From: a virus
IMG/VR virus record: IMGVR_UViG_3300031857_000136
Strand: one strand, 5' to 3'
DNA length: 64,000 nt
Below the pieces are notes generated by a model. It made no database searches. It had not been told where the DNA came from and saw only the letters and a list, made by a program, of their open reading frames with translations. Both the position numbers and the translations under genes were made by a program. Below, piece after piece: positions 37,037 through 46,725 of this stretch; position 1 is the stretch's first letter; every line of letters starts with the position of its first letter.

Positions 37037-40000
37037 TTACGAAGGACATTGTTCTACAGCTGTTCCATCAGTTAGAGTACAATCTGGTGCTGGTGGAGAA
37101 GTTGTGGTTGTTGTTGTGGTACTAGTAGAAGTACTGGTTGTTGTGCTAGTACTTGTACTGGTAGTTGTTGTAGTAGTGGGTCCAGGTGCTAATGTTGTTG
37201 TAGTAGTGGTAGTTGGTTCCACAGTTGTTGTTGTGGTGGTAGTTGGAGTTATAGTACAATTTGTAATAGCTACAATATACCCATCAACTATTTGTGTTAT
37301 TTCACAAGTTTCGTGGTTTGTTATATAAAATCCATCATATAATACATCACAATTAGTAAATGTTCCAAAATAAACATAACTTCCAACACCGAATGTAGAA
37401 CTTTGACCAATCCAAGCTCCTTCACCCCAATTATAATTATTTTTTAACCAATTACAAGCATCACAAGCACTTTCTAATGTTGCAGAGTAGTTAATTGGCT
37501 CAGCCCCTTCTGAAGGTGTATATGTAAAGAAGTATTCATAATTTGTCAATCCTTCAGGTCTACTAGTACATATAGTGGTAGTAGTTGTGGTGGTTGTTGG
37601 TTCTGTAGTGGTTGTGGTAGTAGTGGTAGGTTCTACAGTAGTAGTGGTAGTTGTTGTACTTGTACTACTAGATGTTGTAGTGGTAGTAGTTGGACATTGT
37701 TCTACAGCTGTACCAACTATTGTACAATCTACACAAGCCGTACCAATTATTGTACAATCTATACAAGCTGTTCCTATCAATGTACAGTCTATACACAGAT
37801 CAACTGCTGTACCTATTATTCTACAATCTTTTGTTGTTGATGTTGTTGTAGTGGTTATACAAGGAATCTCAGAGAAAGCAATTGCTTCTAAGTCACATCC
37901 ACCATTCAATCCAGAATAGAAGAAGTTGTTCTCTGCTATATAGAAGTTAGGAATATAGCTATGGAAGCTAATCCAACTCTTAGTGTTCATACTAAATGAA
38001 AGAGTCCATGACTTATTACAGAAGTATTCTGAGTCATAAACACTCACCACTGTTCTTATTACGCTCTCACCTAGAGTTTTTTCTATATAGAACTCTTGCT
38101 TAACAGCATCATATTTAATGTTTTTGCTATTAGGGATGTAATCTAACTTAGATATAATCACCCTGTCATACTTACTATCAAACACTCCATGTAAGCCAAT
38201 ACCATCATAATGGTTATCTGTGTTTACATCAGGATAGTAACGTAAGATTTCAAATGCTAAATGGTCTGTGAAGAACTTATTAAGTCCTGAACCAAACCCT
38301 GATAAGTCAGTAGCCTGATTACCTGCAATTAAAAATACCTGTCCTCTTTTAGCATCCACTGTAATCTGTCCTTGAGGAATCTTTAACAAGAACTTATTCT
38401 GAGCTCCTACATATCCAAGGTCTGTTTCAGCAAAGTCAATTGGAGGAGCACTCTTAAATAATGTATCATTACCTAAATAAGCAGCTTGTGGGTTGCTAGT
38501 TTGAACTGTAAGCATTGTATTATATAACAATGACTTGTTCTCAAATCTAGCTAACACAGCTTTATTCTGAATACCATCTAATGATACAAGATCACCAAAG
38601 TTTTGAGGGAAGTCAAAGAATGATGTAGCACCATAACTTAACCAGTTATTTACCCTGTTATCAGCATATGCATCTTGAGGGTCTGAATAGACAGCTCTAA
38701 ATGGATACTTAGTATAACAAAGTTCCTCAACCCAATCTGCAGGTAGGTGAGTAAATGTATTCTCTTTATTTTGCTTTGAAAACGTTACATTATAATAATA
38801 TGTATTATCAAAAGCAATAGGAACCACAGACTCTTGTAACCAGTTATCAGGAATACCTGAGCTCACGTGTGGGTAGAAGTCACCTTCTAAACTATTAAAT
38901 GCTTGACGTAAGTCTACATTTATAGAAGATTCACAATAGAAAGAAGGAATACCGTAAGCAAACATATACATCTTACCATCGTAGAATGTTCTGTTAGGAT
39001 TTACTACAGGAGGATTTGTTGCTGATTGAGGTGCAGGATCTTGGTTATTAGGACAATCAAAATTGTGTGCCTTATAAGAAATCATGTTCTTTAACACCTC
39101 ACCCGTAGTTAATGTAAAATCACTTAACACAGATCTAGCTGAGTGCCAGTATTGTGGATAAGCCACATTACCAATCTCATCATAGAATATATCACTATCA
39201 TCAGGAGCATTCACTCTATCATCAAAAAAGAATGGAAGCTTAGTTTTAAATGCAAACTTACTAATGAATGTATCACCGCCAAATATAGTGGCTGATCTAG
39301 GTGTAGAAAACATCATATTGTTAATATCAATGCTTTCTTGAAATCCTGTGTCAATTGTATTGTAAGAATAGATTTGCCCCCACTGATTAACAAAGATGTT
39401 CTTTAATGATCCATAGTAAGAAACTACATTGATTGCTTCATTCTTACCAGGTACAGAACAGTTATTCTTCTGTGATATAGTGAATCTTGATGTATCAGAG
39501 ATACCACTTACACCACCAACTAAAAGACTAGGAGTCTGATTAGGGAATGGTAAAGGTATCACTGATGAACCATCTCTAGTGTCAATAGTCTTTAGATATA
39601 CAGATGATTCTCTGTTAAAGTTGTTAAGATCATGTAAGTCACTTACAGATTGTACACCTGGTATAACGTATTGATACTTATCTAGTTGTCTTTGTTTGAT
39701 ACCTAGATTGTTATCAATAGCTCCACTGTAATCATAACTAGCTATTGAGTTAAATGAATAACCATAATTTCTTCTAGTGATTCCATTTATGTAGATAGTT
39801 AGATAGGCTTGATATGCAGCAAACATTGCTGAAGCACTGAATGGTGTTGTTATATTAGCAATAACTTCACTAGATCTAAGGGCATCTTGTTGAGCTTCTG
39901 CTGTGAGAAGTTTGTATGTAGCATTTCTCTTAACCTCTACAAAATGAGCTATACCAGCACCAAACATAACATTCTCAAGCTTAAGAACAGATCCTAAGAA

Positions 40001-42286
40001 AGGTTGTCCAAAAGATGTTTCAGGTGAGTTAAATACCATTCTGTATTTAGACTCATCTGTAGCAAACGCATCTAACTTATTAGGATAACAAAGTGAGTTC
40101 TTTGTTGCATCTGTTGTAATACTATAACTAGTTGTTCCAGATAAGTATATAGGAAGTACTGATGAGTTCACTTGTTGTAATCCATTACCTGTCACTGTGA
40201 TTTGGTTAAATGCAGTGGTTAATGGATCTTGATATTGGAATACAGTTGTTGAATCACTAGTAAGATTATATGTGTTATAGACAACCACAGTGATTATAGC
40301 TGTTCCACTCATAACCAAAGGAGTGCTAAGAGAACATATCTTTTTTGTAGTTCCAACTACTAATGTTTCTATCTGTGTTGTATTTGAAAAACAATCAGTG
40401 TATTGTATAATACATGTTGTAGTAGCTATTACATTGTAGGTAATACATTGATCAAGATATGCATTATTATTATCAAGAAGGAACTCATCCTTATTAAGAT
40501 CGTTATATGGATAGTTAGGGAAGTAGAACTCTGTTTCTTCTCTTTTATATTTACCTACGTTTCTAAGAATACCCTTAGCTACAATAGATTTGTTTGTATT
40601 TCTATCTCCTCTTACAATTTTAAATCCTATGATGCTTTCTTTCTGTGCCTGTGTAAGATTAGATGCGTACACCAAGTATGCAACTTGTTGAACATCAATC
40701 TTTACACCCATTGGGAATACAGCATCACTTTGCATCACTGGTGTAAAACCTGACCCTAGTGTATATGTAGGACTTTCAAATATAGGACTTATAAGAACAT
40801 CAGGAAACTTATGATGTCTAATTGGTTGACTAGCAAGATCACCCCATACATCTATGTTACATGGATAGGTTTCAGTTGATTCCCAATAAGCAAACTCACC
40901 GTATTGATAAGGTCCTTTGTAAGATTGACTTGGTGAATATCCAGGAGAAAATCCTGTTACAGAACCTGTATTGTAAATCTTCCAATAAGGTGCACTTGTA
41001 CCATCTCCAATAAAGTCAGGATTAGTGCTTGGTACATCTGGTTGAGAACCTTCGTTAGCAGTAATCATTCTACCAGGAATATGAAAACCATCTGTTTGTT
41101 TACCACTACTTAACAAGAAAACTATCTCAAATGCATACACCTCATCTCTTAGATAACCTCTAAGGTTTGTAGCGTTCAGTTCATCAGCATAGGTTTCTGT
41201 ACTAGGGATTCTATAAGTTTCCCATTTAAGATCAATTTGCGTTGCAATTGATTGATAGTTAATTCTATCTACAGAGGTAAGATTGTCCCAGATAAGAATA
41301 TCTTGAGCAGTGGTTAAGTCTTGAGCTATCTCATAGTATGGATATTTCTCAAATATATCATCAATAGTAAGACGAATCTGTGTAACATTCTGTCCTGTAT
41401 AAGTTATATTTCTAGTGCTATCTTCTATAAAATAAGTTCCAGCTAATTCCACAGATGGTATACCGTTCACTGTTTTAATTACAGCAAGATTGAAATATTG
41501 GAATTGTCCAGTGGTATCTAGATTACCAACACTAACTATAATAGATTTACCCACTTGATAGTTAAAATCTAATGTGGTAATTTGAGGATCAGCAATAGGT
41601 GTGGGATTGGTAATAGAGTAGAAAGATGTGTAGGGATTACCAGCAGCATCACAATACTGAATGGCAAACTGATATGTACCAGCAGTGAGGTCACCACCGT
41701 TTGTAACATCAGTTACATCTAATGAAGGAATGTTAAAATTAGGCTGAACGTTTAATTGATTACAATCAAGTTCATTAGTATAAATAGGATCACATAAATC
41801 AGCTGTAGGAGCTAACTTATATGGAATATTATTTAAATCTATGTATCTTCTAGGATTAAGACCATCTGTCCAATACACTTCTGTAGTGCAATTGGTAATC
41901 TTATGAACAGCTTTAAGGATAGGATATTTTACATCAAAACCTAAACATTTAGCACTTACGTATATACGGTATACACAATCATTGTTATCCATATATCCAA
42001 TCTGGCTATCTCCTGTTTCAGGATTAGTTAAGAAGAATATATGTTTGTTTTGTTCACCAATGAAATGAGTTCCTATTAAATGATAGCCTGTAGGAAAGTC
42101 TAGACATAACTCATTACCTGGCTCATTCTGATAGTTAACAGAATCTGAGTCAAAGTTCTCAACACTAGCATTCAATGCATACGTAAGCTTACCTTTCTCA
42201 ATCTGATTTACAGATTGATCCAGATTCAAACCAGAAGTAGCATTGTTATACTCTTGTTTAATATTAGTTGTTTCTTCTCCAGCCAT
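37037..42286 (-). CDS. 1749-aa tail spike/fibre-like protein. The C-terminal region combines poly-Thr linkers, tandem Cys-containing IDCTxIGTAC repeats and a terminal globular module.
   Basis: ORF track. The repeats run DCRIIGTAVDLCIDCTLIGTACIDCTIIGTACVDCTIVGTAVEQCP, with T8-T17 linkers. The position between tail genes and a very large beta-rich N-terminal region are consistent with a receptor-binding protein. Confidence 0.8.
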   Translation of the reverse strand: MAGEETTNIKQEYNNATSGLNLDQSVNQIEKGKLTYALNASVENFDSDSVNYQNEPGNELCLDFPTGYHLIGTHFIGEQNKHIFFLTNPETGDSQIGYMDNNDCVYRIYVSAKCLGFDVKYPILKAVHKITNCTTEVYWTDGLNPRRYIDLNNIPYKLAPTADLCDPIYTNELDCNQLNVQPNFNIPSLDVTDVTNGGDLTAGTYQFAIQYCDAAGNPYTSFYSITNPTPIADPQITTLDFNYQVGKSIIVSVGNLDTTGQFQYFNLAVIKTVNGIPSVELAGTYFIEDSTRNITYTGQNVTQIRLTIDDIFEKYPYYEIAQDLTTAQDILIWDNLTSVDRINYQSIATQIDLKWETYRIPSTETYADELNATNLRGYLRDEVYAFEIVFLLSSGKQTDGFHIPGRMITANEGSQPDVPSTNPDFIGDGTSAPYWKIYNTGSVTGFSPGYSPSQSYKGPYQYGEFAYWESTETYPCNIDVWGDLASQPIRHHKFPDVLISPIFESPTYTLGSGFTPVMQSDAVFPMGVKIDVQQVAYLVYASNLTQAQKESIIGFKIVRGDRNTNKSIVAKGILRNVGKYKREETEFYFPNYPYNDLNKDEFLLDNNNAYLDQCITYNVIATTTCIIQYTDCFSNTTQIETLVVGTTKKICSLSTPLVMSGTAIITVVVYNTYNLTSDSTTVFQYQDPLTTAFNQITVTGNGLQQVNSSVLPIYLSGTTSYSITTDATKNSLCYPNKLDAFATDESKYRMVFNSPETSFGQPFLGSVLKLENVMFGAGIAHFVEVKRNATYKLLTAEAQQDALRSSEVIANITTPFSASAMFAAYQAYLTIYINGITRRNYGYSFNSIASYDYSGAIDNNLGIKQRQLDKYQYVIPGVQSVSDLHDLNNFNRESSVYLKTIDTRDGSSVIPLPFPNQTPSLLVGGVSGISDTSRFTISQKNNCSVPGKNEAINVVSYYGSLKNIFVNQWGQIYSYNTIDTGFQESIDINNMMFSTPRSATIFGGDTFISKFAFKTKLPFFFDDRVNAPDDSDIFYDEIGNVAYPQYWHSARSVLSDFTLTTGEVLKNMISYKAHNFDCPNNQDPAPQSATNPPVVNPNRTFYDGKMYMFAYGIPSFYCESSINVDLRQAFNSLEGDFYPHVSSGIPDNWLQESVVPIAFDNTYYYNVTFSKQNKENTFTHLPADWVEELCYTKYPFRAVYSDPQDAYADNRVNNWLSYGATSFFDFPQNFGDLVSLDGIQNKAVLARFENKSLLYNTMLTVQTSNPQAAYLGNDTLFKSAPPIDFAETDLGYVGAQNKFLLKIPQGQITVDAKRGQVFLIAGNQATDLSGFGSGLNKFFTDHLAFEILRYYPDVNTDNHYDGIGLHGVFDSKYDRVIISKLDYIPNSKNIKYDAVKQEFYIEKTLGESVIRTVVSVYDSEYFCNKSWTLSFSMNTKSWISFHSYIPNFYIAENNFFYSGLNGGCDLEAIAFSEIPCITTTTTSTTKDCRIIGTAVDLCIDCTLIGTACIDCTIIGTACVDCTIVGTAVEQCPTTTTTTSSSTSTTTTTTTVEPTTTTTTTTEPTTTTTTTTICTSRPEGLTNYEYFFTYTPSEGAEPINYSATLESACDACNWLKNNYNWGEGAWIGQSSTFGVGSYVYFGTFTNCDVLYDGFYITNHETCEITQIVDGYIVAITNCTITPTTTTTTTVEPTTTTTTTLAPGPTTTTTTSTSTSTTTSTSTSTTTTTTTSPPAPDCTLTDGTAVEQCPS
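37730..37830 (-). repeat. Tandem ~30-nt coding repeats encoding four IDCTxIGTAC units inside the 1749-aa gene.
   Basis: Repeated acaagc(c/t)gt(a/t)cc(a/t)at(t/c)a(a/t)tgtaca(a/g)tct units are visible in the sequence. Confidence 0.6.
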
Positions 42287-43187
42287 ATCTGTAACTTCTA
42301 TTTGGTAGTTCGAATCTATTAAATCTGTTTAAGTCTTGGATGATTCTTCTTTGCTTAGCCCAAGAATCTTGCTTCTTCACCTCAATATCAGCCATGATGA
42401 ATGCTTCATCAGCTTGTTGTTTATAGTATGCAAGCTTTGTTTGAAGCTGGTTAAATGTTTCATCATTAGTTTGGTTGGTCAGCGTTTCTATCATTTTGTA
42501 TTTGATGAAAGCTTCTACAAACTCTCTAATACGATAGTTATCTGGAATCAATTCATTACCCACTCCATCATATGCTGTAGAATAGAACACTAAGTGAACT
42601 ACACCATTTCTAAAATTAGTAACAAACTTGTTATCTCTAATATCAAATGAATCTGCAGAAGAGCTACCAAAGTTTGCACACTGTAGATCACAATGTGCTT
42701 TAACAGATATGTTACCTGGTTTTAATAAATATTGTCTGTGATATTCTACAGCCACTTGTTGATTAGTCTTGTATACAGCTTGAATAAGCTCAGGCATGCA
42801 CGTAGGACAACCTGTTGTACATTCTAGATTGGTACAAGGAGCTCCTCCAGAAATAACAGGACTCACCTGTATTGTTGTTTGAGAAGCAGCTTGAGAATAG
42901 AATGAATTAGCTGTTTGATAAGGATAGCCAGGGATTGATGTACACAACCAAGCTTCTCTTACAGCAAAGAAGTTGTCAGGAAGTCTAGCTTCAAAATCCT
43001 CAATATATAGAAGCTGTTCGCTAATAACATAAGAAGACCTTCCTAGTTTCCTAAGACACTTATCCAGGTATGTAGGAAATAACAAATCATCTACAGCACC
43101 TGTATCGAAGTAGCTTTTAAACTCTTCTTTCACAGTCGCATAGACAGGCTCAGGGGAGATGAAGTTATACTTGTAGTAATATGACAT
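42264..43187 (-). CDS. 307-aa hypothetical structural protein. It overlaps the start of the 1749-aa gene by 23 nt.
   Basis: ORF track; same-strand operon context. Confidence 0.7.
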   Translation of the reverse strand: MSYYYKYNFISPEPVYATVKEEFKSYFDTGAVDDLLFPTYLDKCLRKLGRSSYVISEQLLYIEDFEARLPDNFFAVREAWLCTSIPGYPYQTANSFYSQAASQTTIQVSPVISGGAPCTNLECTTGCPTCMPELIQAVYKTNQQVAVEYHRQYLLKPGNISVKAHCDLQCANFGSSSADSFDIRDNKFVTNFRNGVVHLVFYSTAYDGVGNELIPDNYRIREFVEAFIKYKMIETLTNQTNDETFNQLQTKLAYYKQQADEAFIMADIEVKKQDSWAKQRRIIQDLNRFNRFELPNRSYRYGWRRNN

Positions 43188-43192
43188 TTATT

Positions 43193-43669
43193 TTATTTTT
43201 TCCATTCACGATAAATATGTTGATATTGATCGTTGGTTTTTAGGTAGTGAGATAACAACCTAGAGGTTGTACGAGATGGTTTGAAGTACCAGAGTTTCAT
43301 GTTCTTGAATCTGGCTGATTCTCTAAACCACATCCATCCAAAGAAATATCCTTCGGTGTGGTAGTTAAAGTTGTAGATTATTTTACCCTTCTCTTTAGAT
43401 CTTTTCCAATCAACTGGTAGGTTAACATATTCCTTACCATCAATTAGTTTCATCTTCTTCCTCTTCTTCTTATTGATTGAGAAGTCACCAAATCCAAAAG
43501 GAAGTTTTGCTTTCTCTCCAGTTTCTAGAATATAGTTCTTGAAGCTCTCATTGTACAAATAGATAATGTTTCTCCATTGGTCAAATGAGATTTTTACGGA
43601 AGGGTTCTTTTTACAGAAATTATTGTAGTTTTCTTTACTGGAGCTTCTCCAATCAACTTTTGTTCGCAT
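43193..43669 (-). CDS. 158-aa basic (K/R/W-rich) hypothetical protein.
   Basis: ORF track; start/stop coupling with its upstream neighbour at 43669. Confidence 0.65.
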   Translation of the reverse strand: MRTKVDWRSSSKENYNNFCKKNPSVKISFDQWRNIIYLYNESFKNYILETGEKAKLPFGFGDFSINKKKRKKMKLIDGKEYVNLPVDWKRSKEKGKIIYNFNYHTEGYFFGWMWFRESARFKNMKLWYFKPSRTTSRLLSHYLKTNDQYQHIYREWKK

Positions 43670-44394
43670 TAGTTTGCATTGGTTGTGTTTGGTGCTTGAC
43701 CATCCACCCCATCTGATGTTTGATCTGTCTTCAATCTGAAGTAGGTTGATAACAGCTTTTGAGATGTCAGTTCTAGCACTTGCTTTTCTAAATAACCAGG
43801 GCAGCCATATTCTTTATCTAGAGGATTTTTACAATACTCTTCTAGATTAATATTATCACTGCAGCAACACTCAGCAAACATGATCTCATTAGGAACATCT
43901 TCTTCAAAGAAAGCAGCAATTCTAATGGCTTGTAACAAAGGATTATTTACATATAAATAACCATTTGAAATCCAATAGTATTGTTCATTCTTGATGATTG
44001 GAAGTTTTAAGAGATTTAAATATCTATTGATAGTAATCTCTTTCAACTTTTTGCCTTGCCCACTCATAGCGTTTATTGAATAAACACCTTGAATGAGGTA
44101 TTGATAATTACCCTCGCAGATACGAGGAAGTTTAAATTTTGTTCTAGCAACGGTACAAGGATCCACAAAATCACAACATTCAGAAATAGGAACTTCTACC
44201 AATTCCAAACAAGGAATGGTAGTAAACAAAGTATCAGTAGCCCAAAGCTTTCTGAGATTTGTCTCACGTTTTACTAATAAAAGTGTGTTGTTCTTAATCT
44301 CAGATGCAACCACTCTATCAGTGATTAAGTTATCTGTTGATAACAATTTGTGCATTGCACGCACATCTGAAACTAATTTCCTTAAAGTTGCCAT
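43669..44394 (-). CDS. 241-aa Cys-rich hypothetical protein.
   Basis: ORF track; coupled to both neighbours. Confidence 0.7.
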   Translation of the reverse strand: MATLRKLVSDVRAMHKLLSTDNLITDRVVASEIKNNTLLLVKRETNLRKLWATDTLFTTIPCLELVEVPISECCDFVDPCTVARTKFKLPRICEGNYQYLIQGVYSINAMSGQGKKLKEITINRYLNLLKLPIIKNEQYYWISNGYLYVNNPLLQAIRIAAFFEEDVPNEIMFAECCCSDNINLEEYCKNPLDKEYGCPGYLEKQVLELTSQKLLSTYFRLKTDQTSDGVDGQAPNTTNAN

Positions 44395-45644
44395 TATAAA
44401 TACTGTTTGAATATATTTGTCATTCCCTCAGCTTGATCGATTAGGAATGCTGTCACCTCAGCTTTAGACATCACGTGACCATTCTTATCATCCCAAAGGC
44501 TCTTAGCATTTGAGAAAGCTGGAATTTGGTAAAATTTAATACCGTTAAAATCATGACTCACTTCATGGTGCTTATCTCCTGTGAATATATAGAAGTTATT
44601 ATGGAATGACCATTGGTCTCTATATTCTATTGGGAACAGTCCTGCAAGTTTAGCTGGCTTAATCGCATCTCCATGATTGAACATTAATGCTGAATTGCCA
44701 TAACTTACATACTTTCTATACTTAGGAGAGCTGTCAATTGTAAGTCTGTCTGTATTTCTAAAATACGTTTGTAACCAGTTAACCATATGCCATCCTACAA
44801 ACTCATCATGATTACCAGCTACATACACCACATTAACATGTTTAGCGTATTGTAATAACATTGTAATCATTAACACCTCATGGTTACATATATACTCAAA
44901 TGAAGTTTGATATGTATGTGTATTCTGTTGAGGGGTTCCTTTTGTAGTTGCATTGGTGTATTCACTATTAAACTCATCTGAGCCAATAATGTATGTGATT
45001 TCTTCTAGGTTGTTTGAAAGTTGAGCTTGTGCAGCAATCACTTCCACCTTATACATAATGTTAGCTAATCTATCTACTATGTTGTTATTACCATCTACAT
45101 CCCATTTGTTTAAATGAGAGTCTTGTTTGTTAATAACTAGCATACCATTTGGCTTCTCTGGAGTGAACTTAGGACTCATAACTTCCTGACTAACAGGCTG
45201 ATATGAAGCTAAAAAGTCCACAAAGCTATCTTGAAACAGTTGCTCTGCAGACTTCTTTGCTAGCCAGGCTTTAACCTGCCAATGGGGATTTCCACCATTC
45301 CCCCAGAAGTTCTGTACATATTTAGTTATTTCCCATTTATCTGTGTCTATGTGACACTTCTCAATTAGTTCATCTAAGCTCTTAACCTCTTCGCTAAAAT
45401 TAGCTACCACCTCACCAACACCCTTACTAATGTCCTCTGTAAACTTAACTATTACATTCTCTAGTTCAGCAATGTAATTTCCAACCTCAGCATCTTCCTC
45501 ACTCTTCTCTTGATTTCTTAATTCTTTTAATAACTCGTCAACCTCAAACTCTGTAATTCCAAGCTTATCAGCATAGAATTTTTTACTCTTTTTCCAGTGT
45601 AGAATCTCTTCTAGCTGTTCTAGCAAGGATTGATTTTCAGGCAT
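44394..45644 (-). CDS. 416-aa calcineurin-like metallophosphoesterase with an acidic helical N-terminal domain.
   Basis: The ordered motif set is DSH ... GSDEF ... VYVAGNHDE ... NHGD ... FTGDKHHEVSH, corresponding to DxH / GDxxD / GNH[DE] / H / GH. A promoter lies upstream. Confidence 0.8.
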   Translation of the reverse strand: MPENQSLLEQLEEILHWKKSKKFYADKLGITEFEVDELLKELRNQEKSEEDAEVGNYIAELENVIVKFTEDISKGVGEVVANFSEEVKSLDELIEKCHIDTDKWEITKYVQNFWGNGGNPHWQVKAWLAKKSAEQLFQDSFVDFLASYQPVSQEVMSPKFTPEKPNGMLVINKQDSHLNKWDVDGNNNIVDRLANIMYKVEVIAAQAQLSNNLEEITYIIGSDEFNSEYTNATTKGTPQQNTHTYQTSFEYICNHEVLMITMLLQYAKHVNVVYVAGNHDEFVGWHMVNWLQTYFRNTDRLTIDSSPKYRKYVSYGNSALMFNHGDAIKPAKLAGLFPIEYRDQWSFHNNFYIFTGDKHHEVSHDFNGIKFYQIPAFSNAKSLWDDKNGHVMSKAEVTAFLIDQAEGMTNIFKQYL

Positions 45645-45672
45645 ATATGGTTTAATTTAGTTAAAATTGGTG

Positions 45673-45704
45673 TAAAGGTACGAACTAATTTTGACATTTA
45701 CAAA
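45673..45704 (-). promoter_or_regulatory. Bacteroidetes-type promoter for the operon starting with the metallophosphoesterase gene.
   Basis: The minus strand reads TTTG-N20-TACCTTTA, with about 28 nt to the ATG at 45644. Confidence 0.5.
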
Positions 45705-45750
45705 ATTTAATTAACCAATTTAATTATATACATTAATCAATTTGATTAGA

Positions 45751-45787
45751 GTTTAAACAAAAACCCCCAGCCTAGAAAGGCCAGGGG
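45751..45787 (-). terminator. Intrinsic terminator downstream of the 178-aa gene.
   Basis: The minus-strand RNA reads CCCCUGGCC-UUUCUA-GGCUGGGGG, a 9-bp stem that includes two G-U pairs, followed by UUUUUGUUUAAAC. It is terminator-like only on the minus strand. Confidence 0.6.
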
Positions 45788-45825
45788 ATACCTTGTAAAA
45801 CCAACAAAACAAGGTTTTTGATATT

Positions 45826-46362
45826 TTATGGGCAAGTTACATAATTTGTAATCTCACCAGCTGTAGTGATTTCAACAGCATATGTACCTGATGGTCCAAT
45901 TAATTTTCGCCAACCTGTTGAACCAATGAATGGATTTGTTAAACTTGGGCTATCATATAAAAACATTGTAACAAATGGTACAGTATATCCAGGTTGAGCC
46001 CATACTGATATTGTTGGGGATTGACCACAAGCCTCACCAGAAGTACCAGATGCTCCTGAATTAATTGTATACATCACTGGGCTTGAAGATGTGGTGGTTG
46101 TGGTTGTGGTTGGAGGAACTGTGGTAGTTGTGGTTGTAGTACATGGTACTACAGATATATCTGTATAGTTTGTACAGGTTCCTGTAGACATAACACGAAT
46201 GATTGTTGTTCCATTAGGAACCAATGTAGATGTGTATCCAGCCAACAAACTAGATTTTGCTACACCTGTTTCAAATGGTGTAGAATATGAGTTTGCATCT
46301 GAATATAGACTGAATGGTCCTGTTGAAGAACCTGCTGTTGTTAATGTAATTAATACTGTCAT
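45826..46362 (-). CDS. 178-aa structural/decoration protein with T7-T9 linkers and a C-terminal globular module.
   Basis: ORF track; N-terminal domain paralogous to that of the 36159..37025 product. Confidence 0.7.
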   Translation of the reverse strand: MTVLITLTTAGSSTGPFSLYSDANSYSTPFETGVAKSSLLAGYTSTLVPNGTTIIRVMSTGTCTNYTDISVVPCTTTTTTTVPPTTTTTTTSSSPVMYTINSGASGTSGEACGQSPTISVWAQPGYTVPFVTMFLYDSPSLTNPFIGSTGWRKLIGPSGTYAVEITTAGEITNYVTCP

Positions 46363-46373
46363 ATTGTGGTTTA

Positions 46374-46706
46374 TTAAGGGATTGTAGTTGTTGTTGTAGT
46401 TGTAGGAGCACTAACACATTGATTTACAAGTGTACAGAATGCTACAGCCACAGATGGATCATTTATAATAGCTGCAAACAATGCATCAGCTATCTCTGAA
46501 GCACTTAATTTATTATCTAACTTTTGTAATACAACGTTTAAGTTATCTTTATTGTTAACTCCTGAATTAGGAAGATTGGGACCATCATATTGACTATATG
46601 ATGTTGGAATAGGGTAAGTGTCCACAACCCAACCATTATCACATGGTTTAGGGTAATAGGCATTTACCGTATTTTCAAAGCAAGGGGTACCAGGTACGCA
46701 AGCCAT
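46374..46706 (-). CDS. 110-aa small protein ending in PTTTTTTTIP.
   Basis: ORF track. Its C-terminal TTTT[LI]IP is shared with the 48868..50010 product. Confidence 0.6.
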   Translation of the reverse strand: MACVPGTPCFENTVNAYYPKPCDNGWVVDTYPIPTSYSQYDGPNLPNSGVNNKDNLNVVLQKLDNKLSASEIADALFAAIINDPSVAVAFCTLVNQCVSAPTTTTTTTIP

Positions 46707-46725
46707 TATAGTTTAGTTTAATCGA

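Noticed and set aside
37104-37919. Plus-strand Val-rich ORFs (MVVVVVLVEV...).
   Set aside because: They are antisense to the poly-Thr linker codons (ACN read as NGT = Val) of the 1749-aa gene.
46362-46374. A possible programmed frameshift or readthrough joining the 110-aa and 178-aa ORFs (11-nt gap, both Thr-linker proteins).
   Set aside because: No slippery heptamer or obvious stimulatory structure was found. The two ORFs have independent ATG starts.
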